NCBI RefSeq assembly: GCF_009914755.1
Contig: NC_060939.1
Direction: 5' to 3' (one strand)
From: the human T2T-CHM13v2.0 reference genome, Homo sapiens
DNA: 64,000 nt
Part shown: positions 37,977 through 64,000 of the stretch, one piece after another
How the letters are laid out: each line of letters begins with the position of its first letter
Position numbering within the stretch: position 1 is the stretch's first letter
Program-made: the position numbers and the translations under genes
The notes under the pieces: model-generated
The model's database searches: none
What the model saw: only the letters and a program-made list of their open reading frames with translations
Told to the model about the DNA's origin: nothing

Positions 37977-38593
37977 CGCCCCCGCCACCACCGCCGCCGC
38001 CTGCCGGCTCTCTCCCCCCCGGGCCTCGTAGCCCCGGCGCCCGCCAGCCCTCGAGCCCGGCGAGCCCGACCGAGGTGCACCGCAGGCACAAACTTTGTGC
38101 GAGCGCGCCCCCTCTGCCTCGCGCGCGCGCTCACACCCGCCTGGCAACCACCTGACACGCTGATGCTGGCGGCTGCAGGAAACGTGCGGCGCCCCGCCGC
38201 TCTTCCCCGAAACCTGCCCCCTTTCCGCGGGTGCCCCGGCCTGCGCCTCGCGCGGTTCTCTCACCCCTGCCCGCCTTCGACCTCTCTTGGCCAAAGGGTT
38301 AAGTCTCAGGGGAGTTGGAGAGGAGCGGGCTCCCGGCTACCACGCCCGCGCCTTGCAGGGCACCTGTGCCCGTCGACCTCCACCTCAGCTCGGGAAACGG
38401 GCTGCGCCTAGCGGCTCCCATGGGACCCCCTTTCCCGCAGCCGACCCGCAGCTTCCACGCCTCTTCCTGCGGCCGCTGCTCGGAGCACTGCAGTGAGGAC
38501 GCCTTCTCCCCTCCAGGGCCTCTCCTGTATATATCAGAGCGCGGAGTCCGGCAGGGGAAAGGAACGGAAAGACAGTTGTGAAGTTGCCTTAAC

Positions 38594-38781
38594 CTGTGCC
38601 CTGGGGTCTCTAGGTAGCCGTCTGCAGGACTGGGCCGTAGACATGTGCCCTGTGCCCTGCGCCCTGCACCTTGGACGAGGGCTGCCTGTGTGGAGGTGCG
38701 CTCCACAGGCGTGATCCATATCTGGCCCAGACGCGGCCGCCTGGCGTCGGTGGGTGTAGGAGATGTGGGGACAACTTTCAT
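38594..38781 (-). CDS. RASGRP1: Putative alternative upstream coding first exon of RASGRP1 (MKVVPTSPTP...ETPGH + 2 nt)
   Basis: ATG at 38781, 62 open codons plus AG, then donor CAG|GTTAAG. It has the same phase (2) as exon 1, so it would join exon 2 in frame. Confidence 0.5.
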
Positions 38782-40920
38782 ACAACGTCAGTGCGCACAG
38801 AAGACCTGGCCAAGAGGGGCGGCCCATCCGCTGCTTGTCCAGGTGATAGTGCTGATAATCTCAATAGCTAATGATTGAGTGCGGTTGTGCTAAGTGCTTT
38901 CTATACATTACCTCATTTAATCCACTCTCCCTGATACAAAGAGATCACTGTTGTAAAGATGAGAAAATGAAGGTTTAGAGAATGCTATGCCTTACATCAT
39001 ACAACTAATAAACAGCAGAGAGACCTCTGACTTGGACTGAGGTCTGTCTGACTCCCTGTAATCACTGCTGGACTGCCCTAATAACACACTCATTATCACG
39101 GCCACAGACCATAACTCTAGCCACAGTCATAGTTGTCTTCCTGGCCATAGTGTTCTGGACTTTAAAGCCTTCCTCTGTTTCATTTATATATTTCCTTATA
39201 TTTATATGCTACCTTGTCCTTAAAACAGAATTCGAGATAGCTTACAAGAGCACATAACCTACAAAAAGAAGTGTGTGAAATGAAAAATGAGGCACACAAG
39301 ATGGAGCCAAAAATGAACATCATTTGAAATAAATGCATCTCATAGAGTCAAATACCCTTGCTACAGGTGGGACCAAAATTTGTCTCCTGCATTTCTAGCA
39401 GTCAAGTTTAAAGAGAGGCCTTGTCTAAAGTTCAATTCCTATCACATGCAAGACCAAAAACAAAATTGCTCAAGAGAAGATCCCCCTTTCTTGATACTGA
39501 GACCAGCAAGAAATTTCTCCAGAGAATCCTCATGAACACTGGGTGATATAAAGAACCAAGTCCTCAGTCACAGCCACAGATGCAGAAGGGGCAGGTGAAT
39601 GTCAGGAGAATATTAAATGATGACACTCTTTCTCACTCACTGGGTCTAAGGCTCAAACATTTTTAGAGTTATCTATTATACACCCTTCCTCATGTAAGCC
39701 CTACAACCTAAACAACCAAGTTGGCGGATGTCTGAGGATGGTAAAGATTTGTATCTATATATGAATCTATCTGACTATCTCCCAACAGTCCTAAGTTTGC
39801 AGTCTTAGACTTTGTTCACAGAGATCTTCTCTTATTACCAGGTGAACAATTACTTTTCACTGACCCCTCTACTACAGAATGAGCTCTTTACCCTACTTAA
39901 ATCTATAATATTTACACTTTCAATTGCCACATAATATTCTGTGTCCCTGTCTTACCTCCACAGCTAAACTGTAAATTGTCCGAGGTCAAGAATCAGGTCT
40001 TATGCTTCTTTAGCTTCCACAGCTGCCAACTTGAGGCAGTACCTGTGGGACATTACTAATGAACTGCTGTGGATTTGATTTTGAAAAGCAAAATGTGCTG
40101 ACCTCAAAGAAGAAAATAAGATCCTTCCTGATTATTTCCGGAGAAAGGGTTTCAGTTTTTCTTTGAAGTCCGCTGTCTATGGCAGGAGTGATAAGCTTAC
40201 TGGCACTGTCCCCGGTGGCTTTCGTGGGATCCCCATCACAGGTTATCCGAGGCCTTCGGTATTTCTCTATTGCTTCACCCTTGAAAATAGAGCCCCTTCC
40301 ATGCCATTCATTGCACTGAGTCTTTGGACAGCAAAATCTTTGTGTGTGGCAGGGGAATAATCCAGCCTTATACTGCATATGCATAGGTATGTATGCCAAA
40401 TGGATGCCTTTATGTAAATGCATCATTATATTTATATGTAAATATACATATATGCATAATACTAAGTGCACATGTAGGCAGTTACACACATCTGCACACC
40501 TACAGTCCACATATATACAAATGGTTGAAACCAAGGTTATTAATTCATTCAATACATGAGTCTTGCTGAGTTTTCTAAAGAAAGAGGCCTACATATGCCC
40601 AGCGAGTGTTTTTCTCTTGGACTTTCTGAGTACTCTGCACTTCACTTGCATCTGATTCTGCTTCTGGGCCCCCTCGAGCTCTTTTTTGAGGTTTTCTGGC
40701 TACTCCTACCTGAGCAATAAGTCTTTTCCAAACATCTAAAAAATGAGAAGTTTGTCTATGTCTCTTTTAATCATCGGCCATGTGATTAGTCTGCCTGGTG
40801 TTATATGAGGCACCTCTGACCTCAAGAACAAACTTTTTTTTTTTTTCACAAAATACATCATTTAATATAACATTCTTATAAGGTAGCTAATGAGGATAAT
40901 ATTCGTGCTTTTAAAAAAAT

Positions 40921-47325
<6,405 letters not shown>

Positions 47326-50300
47326 AAGTGTGTTATCTTGTACCCTCATTTACCCTCTCTTCTATTTTTCCTAGGTGTCTGGTTGGGGAGTCTTCCTCTT
47401 CTCACCCCTTGGGTGAGGCCCTTCCTCTGGATGCTTTCTTTGTTATTCTTCCTTCTCTCAATCATGGACTCTTAATTAATGTCCATGAGGAGATTAACTG
47501 GGGAGAAGGGACTATACTATATGTGAAGCTTCTGAAACTATATCTAAATTTTTGTGTATGTTTTTTCTGGGGGAAGGGTTGTTAGCTTTCTTCAGATTTT
47601 CTAAATGATCCGTTACTCAAAGTAGGTGTTTTAATTTTCTCCCATGGCCTCAGCAGGACCTATATGACTCTTCTGTCCGAATATCCACCTTTGTCACCTA
47701 GCATTTAGACCCACATTTTCAACCACCACCTCCTTTCATTGTTCCCAAGGGCTTCCTCTCCATCTTTAAAGCCACATGCTGGTCTAAGCCCCCATCATCT
47801 CTTACCTGGACATGTGTAATAGCTTTGTAACTGGCGTCCCTAATTACATAACCTCCTTTTCTCTGATTCTTCTTTCATGTTGCTTCTTTCATGTACATGG
47901 TCACATAATTCTTTTGCTTCTAAACTGCCTAGGAGTCTCCAATTGCCTACAGAATAAAGTGCAAACTTTTTAACATCATGTACCTGCATGACTGGATCTT
48001 ACCTCTCCAGCCATGCCCTCCCAAGCACCTGACCTCTTAGAGTGCACCTTGGTCACTTATAGAAATTGATGTTCACTGCACCCTTTGTAGCCCCAGTACT
48101 TTTGCTTGTGTGCTTCCTTCTGCTGCCCATCTATTTTCACCAGGTAAGCACACACAAAGGGAGCTACACCACACACATCGGAACCAGTGGCTCACCCTAG
48201 AAGGCATATGCAGGGCTGCCTCCAGGTGCAGAGGGGTGCACACCCACCTATCTGCATCTGCTTCATGATTGGTTGTGCTTGGAGAACCTATTGACTACCG
48301 TGGTCTCCGGTCCATTGCCTAGCACTGATTCATCCATTTAAGATATATTTCCTGGATGCCTTGAGAATCTGGTAGAGAACCATACAGGCAGGATCCTTGT
48401 TCACATGAGCTCACATGTCTAGAGGACAGTAGCCAAGTCAACAAATAAATAAATATGCCATGGTTTCACACCCTGATTTCCAGGAGCTGCTACCCCTAAT
48501 CTCTTGGGGCCACCATGAGATGCCCTAGTTGAAGCCTCCACATGGACCTGTGAGGACAAAACCACTGCGATAAGGAGCACACAGCTCCAGAGAGTGAAGA
48601 GACAGGGAGAGGGAAAAGGAGGGAGGGGATATGGTACCATCCTCTACTGTCCTGATGAGTGCTGCTCCTGCTTCTGATGGGGAGAGTTGGCCTCAATGTT
48701 TTTGGCTGTCCCATTCAGCAGTAGATTAAATATGATAAATCCCCACTGCTGCTCACCTTAGTCCAAGCCTGTGAGGAACTGCCCACATGAGAAGTGGCTC
48801 CTTGTGCCCCTGTGCCCTTTTGGACGGGGCTGGTGGTTAGACTTCTGCTTCGTGCTTGGTCCTGGGCATATTCTGGAATGGGCAGTGCATCCCTCTGGGG
48901 TTCTGTCTGTCCCACAGGTCTGCTGCTCTGGAGAGTGCTCCGTCTCCCTGAGGCACCCCCAGGATTCTTCAAAGGAAATTTTATAAATGTCATGCAAATT
49001 GTATTTTAAACCACATCATCACAAATTAGGCCCTAAATATAATAATCCATTTTGTTTTCAGCTGCTGTGAAGGGTGCTGCCTGTCTCTTCAAAGGCCCTT
49101 TCCAGAGCCCCCCAAAGTCTTTTATATGGATCACAAAACCCACATTTTCAGTCAGATTGGCCTAAATAGTCTCTCTAAATATGATCAAATTTCATGTTGG
49201 TGTTTTTTTAAGGATGCTAACACAACAAACAAATTGAAATACATGTTGTCTCATGGCTTTTACTCCTGGTAAGAGGAGAGTTCTTGAAAGGGTTTGCGCA
49301 GAGGAGGGATGGAATCTGACTTCTGTTTTAATGGGGTCACTCAGGCTAATGAGCAGCAGGGATGGAAGGTTCTTGGTACAGGTGACCTCCATAATGTTAA
49401 GCTGTAAGGGTCTGGCAGGTCTGTGGCTTTCAAACTACTTCAAACATTGCTTCACAGTAAGGGAGCCATTTTATACTCTGTTACCATCAGGTGTACATTT
49501 ATGCTACGTGTAAAACTGAAACACAAGATACACGAACAACATTTACCCTTACTACATGTGCTTCATTCTCATCCTTCACATTTGTTTCTTTTTCTATTAT
49601 GACTTTAAAAAATACGCTGGTCAGAACCCACTAAATCCATCCATTACTGGGTTGGGATCACAGTTTACAAAATACAGATCTCTGTCTATCTCCCATGATA
49701 ACAACAGATCTTGATGATTACTTCTGGAAAAGGGAACTCAGTGGCTCTGAGTCAGGGGACTCTTACTTTTCATTGTCCCTCCTTTTGAAACTTTTATTTT
49801 GTATTATTTGCATGTACCTATTCAATAAATAAATGCTATTTTGACTCATTCTGGCATAGAACTTATTGCTTTCTGATTATGGCCTGAATAGGTTTACAAA
49901 AACAGAGAGTGAGGCCAGCAAAGGTAAGTTGCAGGAGCAAAGGTAATTTGCTGGTGAATCTACTTTGTTCAACTTCATCAAACAATATCTTTTTTTTTGC
50001 AAATGTTTGGGTGGCAGAATGGCATGGTGGTTAAATGTGTGACCTTTGGAGTTAGATTGAGTTGAACTCTCAGCCCTAATGCTTCTTAGTAATGTGACTC
50101 TAAGCAGTCAATAACTTTTCTAAGCCTGTTTGTAAAATTGGGTACAAACAACACCTACCTAATAGAACTTTGCGATGATTATATGCCATGACCTACAGCT
50201 TGCATGCAGAGGCACTGAAGACACATTAGGGTTTTGAGTGCTTCTTCTGTGCCAGGCTGTGGGCCTACAACAGTGAATGTTTCGGTTACCTAATAAGTGC

Positions 50301-52425
50301 TACACCATGACATCCAAGGGGCACCTACCCAATATCTTGGCTGATGAAGTGCTAACCTCTCAGAGGAAATGAGGCCTAGGCTAACAAGTAGAGTGAGATA
50401 AATAGTGAGCTGAACACAAGTGAGGCAAAAGAGGAGGAGGTGTTTTAGAGAAGAGGAATATGCAGAGGTAAGGAAGAGTAGAACGCTTTGCTGAACTACA
50501 ACACTCAGGAGCTTATTCTCTGATTCTGTCTCCTCCCCACCTGCCAAGGTGTAAGTAAAGTTTCAAGTCTGACTTAATCTTTTTGCCTTCACAGAGTCCG
50601 AGAGGTTTCACACCTTGAAGAGTCCCCCGTGAGTTACTTAAATCCCTCGCTCCACTTTGGATGTGATTAAATTAACACCACTGCCAAGTTTGCCTTTGGG
50701 TGCTTGAGATGAAGGCTGCTGAGAAGAAGGCTGAGTTAATTAAAATTCAGCACTGGGCCTCTTTCAAAAGCCTGGCATTGCAATCCGAAGAGCAATAATT
50801 TAAATGCTAAAACCAGTTTCGTAATGCAACCACTATTTTTAAGACTCCTATTGTATACCCAGCACCTTACTGCATTAACGCTACTTAATAATTTAACACC
50901 TACGAAGATACAAGGGTAAAAGCTGGAAAAAAGCGTTCATAGAAAGATTCAAATTGCCAGGACCAGCCAAAGGATGTGGTTTTCTGAGTACAAAACTGTT
51001 TAATTTAATATGCATTTTTAAAATTACTGTGATAAGCGTAGTATTGAAATGAAAACTCCTGAGTATTAATAGATAAACTTGCATGTGAGCAGTGGAGAAA
51101 ATCATTGCAAATCAATGTGGGTGGGTGTTTCTCAAACTGCGATCATCTGCAGATGCATCCTTAAAGGCTGCAAAATTTTTTTTCTCCCTCAAAAGGGGTC
51201 ATACTTTACCCATATTTAAGGTGTCCTAAAGTAGTCCACTTCATACACAGATTACAAGCATTTTGCTTCTTGATTTTCAGTTTTCCCACTACCTCTCTGC
51301 CAAAGCACAATCTTCCTCATCCCACACAGGGCTTAAGCATATTTTTTTCAGCTTGATTCTTTGTCATGAGAATAAGGAGTGAAACTCTCATAGGGAGAAA
51401 GCCGTCTCCCCATACTTCCCATGGAAGTATAACATGGGATAAAATAATTTATCTTCTATGTTCATCTCTTTTGTGCTCTCTGGCTTTGGAATTGGGAAGT
51501 GAGATTGTCTCAGTTCAACCCCGAGGATAACCATGTTCTCTGTGAATATAGAGTTTGTATTTCACAAGTCATCAAGTCTCACACAGGAGAACATCATGAA
51601 AATTAGAAATGCATTGATTGAAAAACAAAGCTGAAAGCTTACATTTGCTGCAAGTATGGATCAAGATTGGTCTGCATCTGTCTAATTTGCAACTGATTCA
51701 CACTTTTGGTCAAAATAATCTCTCAGTACACAGCCTAAGGATAGCCGAAATTTACTGTAAAACACTGCTTTTTTTGTATTTTTTTTCTGCATCTTGCATC
51801 AAATGGAAAATACTTGACTCTTAACAAAGTGTGCAGCTGGAGAAGTCTGCATTATGGCTTCACAAGTGTGGCTGAGATTTAACTCTTGACTAGGTAGTCA
51901 GCCACATATTCAGCTTTATCGATCTTAAATAATCAGTGAAAAGCATTGCCATATATTACAATAAATGTAATCAGTGCACACTTATGTGTGATTTTCAAGT
52001 GCCCTAAAAGTCAGGCTTTGCCTCCAGCGGAGGGCTACCTCATGCTGGATCTTAATTTGGCCCAGGCAGGTACAATCCTACTGTAGTGTCAGTTGCTTTG
52101 ACGTCAATAGTTTGTGTTTGGACTGGGGGTGTGAAGAAATCTGGGTTAGATTTATGATGTATGTGTGAAATAAACAAGTTATATATAATCAATGTTGGTG
52201 GTGGTTTAAAAAAAAGTCCTTTTTAAAAATCAAAGTCACTGTGACTTTTGCCCTGTACCAGCCAGAGGAAGTAAATGGCTAGAGTAGGGGGTGAGGGTGG
52301 CAGGTAGAGGTGGGAGGTGGGCGAGTTTGCTTCAGGCCTTCTATGATGACCTCTCCAAACTCAGCAGGAGTGGCAGAGCCACATTTTTACATGCATGCAC
52401 CCCTTCTTCCATAAAAATATATTTA

Positions 52426-52769
<344 letters not shown>

Positions 52770-53199
52770 CTCCTAATACATATTGTGATTGTGTTGGCAT
52801 AAGGATGACTATAACCCAGACTGGATTCATTATTATGTATCCATTGTCATATTCCTTTTTTCTTTGATTTTAAAAGAAATTTTAAATTTGAGCCCTCGGC
52901 ACTGTGCCTCCTGGATAAGTTGGCCCTGGGAGTTAGGCTTACTCTTTCATGAAAGACAAAGTGCTCTTTCCTGGTTCCAGCAGAGTTGGTGGCTTCTGCC
53001 TGTTGAAAAAACTTAGTGTAAAATAAGAAGAAAAGGTGAATTTAGAGGAGGAACTCCTTTCATGTCCGTTTTGAACTTGCAGTAAGGGAGGCATATGAAT
53101 AATCACCACCTGGAGAGCAGTAGGATGAGAAATGGGATGGGAAGTGAAGGCCTGTCTGGGGAGGAGAGGTAAACACAAAATCCTCTTTAAAACTGGGGG

Positions 53200-53570
53200 T
53201 TCTAACAGGATGTTTAGGGCAGTGAAATGATTCTGTATGATATGATAACAATGGTTACATGTCATTAACATTCATCCAGACTTGTAGAACGTACAACACC
53301 AAGAGTGGACCCTAATGTAATCTGTGGACTCTGGGTGATAAAAATATGCAAATGCAGGTTCATCAGTTGAAACAAATGCACCAGTCTGGTGGGGGATATA
53401 GATAATGTTGGAGGCTGTGCTTGTGTAGAGGAAGGAGGTATGTGGGAAATCTTTGTAGCTTCTGCTCAATTTTTTTTTTTTTTAGGAGACCAGGGATGTT
53501 GCTAAATCAATTTTGCTGTAAGTATAAAATTGCTCTAAAAATAAAACCTATTAAAAACAAAACAAAACAA
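53200..53570 (+). mobile_element. L1MC-type 3' end
   Basis: gtacaacaccaagagtg.accctaatgtaa...ctctaaaaataaa plus A tail. Confidence 0.7.
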
Positions 53571-54024
53571 ACAAATTAGGGGCTCCAAAAGGTCATTCAA
53601 GTTTAGAGGGTCTAGCTTAGAGGAACCAAAAAGGCAGTACCTATGGTCCAGGTAGCTGTCAGCTTAGTGACTAAGAAGCCCCTGTCCTGTAGCAGGGAAT
53701 GGGCAAGTACCTGCTTCTGGGTCAGACTTGAGCTTGGGGCTGGTATACCCAGAGGCCCAACCAGAAAGGACTCGGCAAGCCCCAGGCTATTGAGGACTAT
53801 TGGGCACAACTGGTGGGAGGCAAAACACATAAACAAGCAAACCAAAAGAGGGCTAACTTGCATGTTAAGTTATGCTGGGCTAGATTCCGTGATCAAACAG
53901 AAGGTTTCTTACTTTTTCCTCTGTATTTTGTTTCCCTTAAATTTCTTATGAAGATTATATGAACCAACATATTGAGTACATCCTGTATGTCAAGTGTGGT
54001 GCCAAGATGTAAGAATACGTTTCA

Positions 54025-60160
<6,136 letters not shown>

Positions 60161-63100
60161 GTAAGAATACATTTCACTTTATCCTCACAAACAAACTTTG
60201 TGATGAATTACCATTGTTATTTGTTCTTGCTTTATAGATGAGGAACTTAAGGCTTAGAAAGGTTAAGTAACTCATCCAAGAACACACCCGTGAGCTAGGT
60301 TTCAAGTCAGTGTGATGCTGGAGCTCAAGCTTATCACCACTTTGCTACACTGCCTACCCATAATATAACATAATAGATTTTGTACCCTAAACAGTTCAGC
60401 TAGCTGGTTATTACCCATTATGAGGAGCTGGGTGAGGTAAAGATGGTAAATAACCAACTCTAACTATATTGTTGATGCTCTAAGGAAGTGCTAACCTTTT
60501 AGCTGTCCTATCAACTACAAGTTACAAACCTGAGCGTCATGGGGTCAGAATTTTGGTCTAGTGACAAGCTGCTCCTTGGCCCACCTCAAGTGAGAATTGT
60601 CCTAAAGTGACTTAGCCATTGGTTGGGGAAAGAGAAGTCACTGACTTAAAACTTCTGGCCTTACCCTAAGTTTTCAGTTTCAAGTTATTTGAAAAGTGAA
60701 AGTACAAATGTTGCCAATGTGCTATTAAATATGTTGGTGGAGGCCACGTTCCCCTATGATACCAGTTCTCACGTGCCAGGTACCATACTTTGTGTGTGTG
60801 TGCGTGTTTATATATGCGAGTGTTTTGGGACGGAAGTGTGGTTCTTGCTACAATCTCTTCTCCATGATTCCTTTTCTGAGGGCTTTGGGCCTTCCCTTTA
60901 AGAAATGGGGAATTATAAAATCAAGTGATTCAATCATGATTCCTTAGGTCTTTCTAACTACAAACCCAGAAGTTTTATTTATTAATTTGTTTTTGTAACA
61001 AGACTCTTAGCTTTTTATTTTACCTTTTATTCTCATGACTGAACTATTAATGGAACTGTGCTCCAGTCTCAAAATCTACTTTCAACAGCTGTGAATATTT
61101 TTCTGCAATGCAGACATAAATTCAGACATTTGCTCAGACCTGGTTAAATTAGGGAAAATTAAGACTGATATGGTCTTTTCTCTTTTGGGGATTATTTTGC
61201 CCAGTCCCTCAAGCTCCCACCCTACACCATCCTGTCCTGGAATACTCCAGACACCCAGTGTTCTCAGTATCTTTCTACCTTGTTGTTCTACCCAGCCTGC
61301 TTGCAGCTTCTGCTACAGATCTGAGCACTGAAATGAAGGATCCCTCAATTTGCCTTGCTCTCAGCAAAGGGGAAATCATATGCTAGGAAGTTCTCTGGCT
61401 CAGTGGTGCCACTTTTCTCCCTGGTCTCCAGCCCCTTTGAAAGACTCACAAGTGACACGAACTTGTATTCGTTGCTATTCCACTAGTGTCTGAATTTTCC
61501 TTTTATTCTTCCAGAACATTGGAGTACCACTTTTCATTTTATCTTCATTTAATGTGGATGCCTGGCACCTCTGCCATCCTAAGAGTACATACGAAATCCT
61601 GTCCTTACAAACACAGGCGTATACAAAAGAAGGGGTGTATGGTAAACTATCCAAGGATGCCTGTAAAACAGACTGGGCTAGAGATGAAATACAAGGAAAC
61701 GCAGGCAAGCGGGATGACTTACCTAGTTTCTAGCTCTGCTAAAGCAGGAAAGGTCCAGCTTCCTGAAAAATCGTTTAACTCTGTCCACCCTGCCCTCCAC
61801 CCACCGGCCCCCCTGACTTCTTCCTTTAGTGAAGGATTCTTTTCTCTGCTAAAAGCTGTATTTTTGCCCTATTGACTTGGAGGCAGCGAGTGATGAGTTG
61901 TATGAGATGGACAACTTAATATTTTGTTTGCCGTAACTTTAGTAAAGTTTAGCAGATATCCCAAACCTAGGATAGGTTTCTGAGAATCAGGGGTGGCTTT
62001 TGAATCACAATCTCAAGGCCCAACGTTTTTGGCAGATGCAGCTCTTTCTGAACAGTAAGTCATTGTTGAGTGACATGAATAGGACGAGAGCTACAGAAAA
62101 TGAAGGTTTCAAAAGATTGTCTAAAACAAAAGTCCTTTCAGTCCCTTGTATTCAGAGTTTCACCCCTCACTGAACCAAAGTTGCTCATTTTGCAGGGAGA
62201 ATGCACATGAAACTGTTCTGTCTGGAATCCAGGCAGTATTGCACTTTGATTGGCAGGTCAGCCACCATCTGAAGGTACTTAGTGCTCATTACTCATCAGT
62301 CCATCCAGAAGGGTAAGAAAGAAGTAACCCTTTCCTGCCGTTTGCACTTATTCTCACCTTGTCTTTCCTGAGGAGTATGGCTGTAGTTACAGATACATAT
62401 CTAACAGAAAGCAGTCATATCATTCCAACAGGGAACAGAACTCAGGGAAATGGTTGCCAGTGTACCAGATTCCTTCTTTCATTTTCTTTCTTTTTACTCC
62501 TTTTGAAAGCTGTTGAGGTCTAGTTGTTTCTTAAGGAGGTTTAACTCAGATCTCAGCACTGATCTGGAGGCCAGGCAGGGTCTTATCAACTCTGGCACTG
62601 AAGTTAACCCCGTCCTGGGTGCAGCTGGGAAGGCTTAGCTCTCTGAGACCACCGAGGAACCCAAAGACATCTAAAGATGAACTGGGTACCTGCAGGAGGC
62701 GAGGGGCCTGAGAGACCCCTGGAAACATACTAGCATGAGCCTTTATAACTGACTGTCTGGAACAACACAGTTCCAGGCTTTCAGGGCCAAGGGGTGAGAA
62801 ATCCCAAATCTTCCTACATTTTTCCTGATACTTTAGTAGACAGGTGCCTAATTTTTCTTAATTCACAGAGGACTTTCCCTTCCTGTTCATTGTTCATTAC
62901 TCACAAGAGTCCTCCCCAAGGCACGGAGATAAGTGCTGCAGGGTGAGTCACTAACAAATTGAGAGTTGCATCACGTCTCCAAACTCCAGCTTGGCCTTCT
63001 GACCAAAAGAGTATCTAGTTTTTCTTGAAAAGATTACATCACAGGTGGTAAAGCATTTGTCTTTGCCTTTCTTCATCCCTTTTCTGTTTCCTGGTTCCTA

Positions 63101-63247
63101 GCAGGTATTATGTGAAAAGTCCGACTGGCCTTCCCAGAACTGATTCACATTATACAGTTTGATTTTTGCATGATCCCTCCGTGCTGAGTTATTTTGTTTC
63201 ATTAAAAAGGGCAAAAGGCCACGTACTTTTAAAAAAACATGGTTACC

Positions 63248-63629
<382 letters not shown>

Positions 63630-64000
63630 TTAGGGAGGCAAATGCCAGCTTGATCCCTAAGAATTTCAGTGTTGGCCTTGGATATCTCACCTTTGTTTTT
63701 TAATCTGAGACTTGGAAATATGAACCGAAAATATACTTATATTTTTACTATGAATATAAATGTCAAATATCTTCTGAATTTAATAGCTTGTTTTGTCAAG
63801 AAAACAAAATCATAAGAATGTTGATCATAAATATAGCGGATTTCTGGAGGGGCTGGCTGATCTCAGAGGTCTACTGCCTCTCTCCTTCCATCTTCTCTGA
63901 AGCTGCCTCAGCCAGGACACCCCTAAACTAGTTCCAAAAAGGGTATGGCCTGGAAAGGGATCAGGGTCCATCTTTGCTTAATTTTGACTGAGCTCTATGC

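Larger units (their letters stand above)
37390..38760. promoter_or_regulatory. CpG island / RASGRP1 promoter and 5'UTR
   Basis: Very high GC and CpG density in an otherwise CpG-depleted window. Contains GC boxes and spans exon 1. The TSS is inferred near 38.1 kb. Confidence 0.93.

Noticed and set aside
37006-38411. Long plus-strand ORFs of 316 and 337 aa antisense to exon 1
   Set aside because: Low-complexity Pro/Arg/Gly/Ala translations typical of stop-poor CpG islands, with no recognisable domain.
40010-40552. 180-aa minus-strand ORF upstream of the promoter
   Set aside because: Partly low-complexity AT/CA sequence, with no domain or convincing exon structure.

Overview
Primate, almost certainly human, genomic DNA covering the 5' end of RASGRP1 on the minus strand. 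It contains coding exon 1 (ATG at 37920), exon 2 (33113-33297), about 33 kb of intron 2 (exon 3 is not in the window), a CpG-island promoter (~37.4-38.8 kb) and about 25 kb of upstream sequence. The upstream part holds two full-length but inactivated primate L1s arranged head-to-head. The rest is typical interspersed repeat (Alu, MIR, L2, CR1/L3, MaLR/ERVL LTRs, hAT MERs) plus a Y3 RNA retro-pseudogene. I found no prokaryotic-type system, CRISPR array or convincing novel gene. The most interesting signal is a multi-start architecture at the RASGRP1 5' end: a phase-matched upstream alternative coding first exon, a 5'UTR uORF whose stop abuts a splice donor that would skip the main ATG, an open in-frame 5'UTR, and an intronic in-frame ATG. 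Several unusual repair and retrotransposition scars are also present: a 162-bp templated insertion in an LTR, a tail-less Alu with target microhomology, an L1 nested in an Alu tail, and a Y3 copy in an Alu-monomer tail. Repeat subfamily names come from recalled consensus sequences, not from a search, and boundaries of old repeats are approximate.
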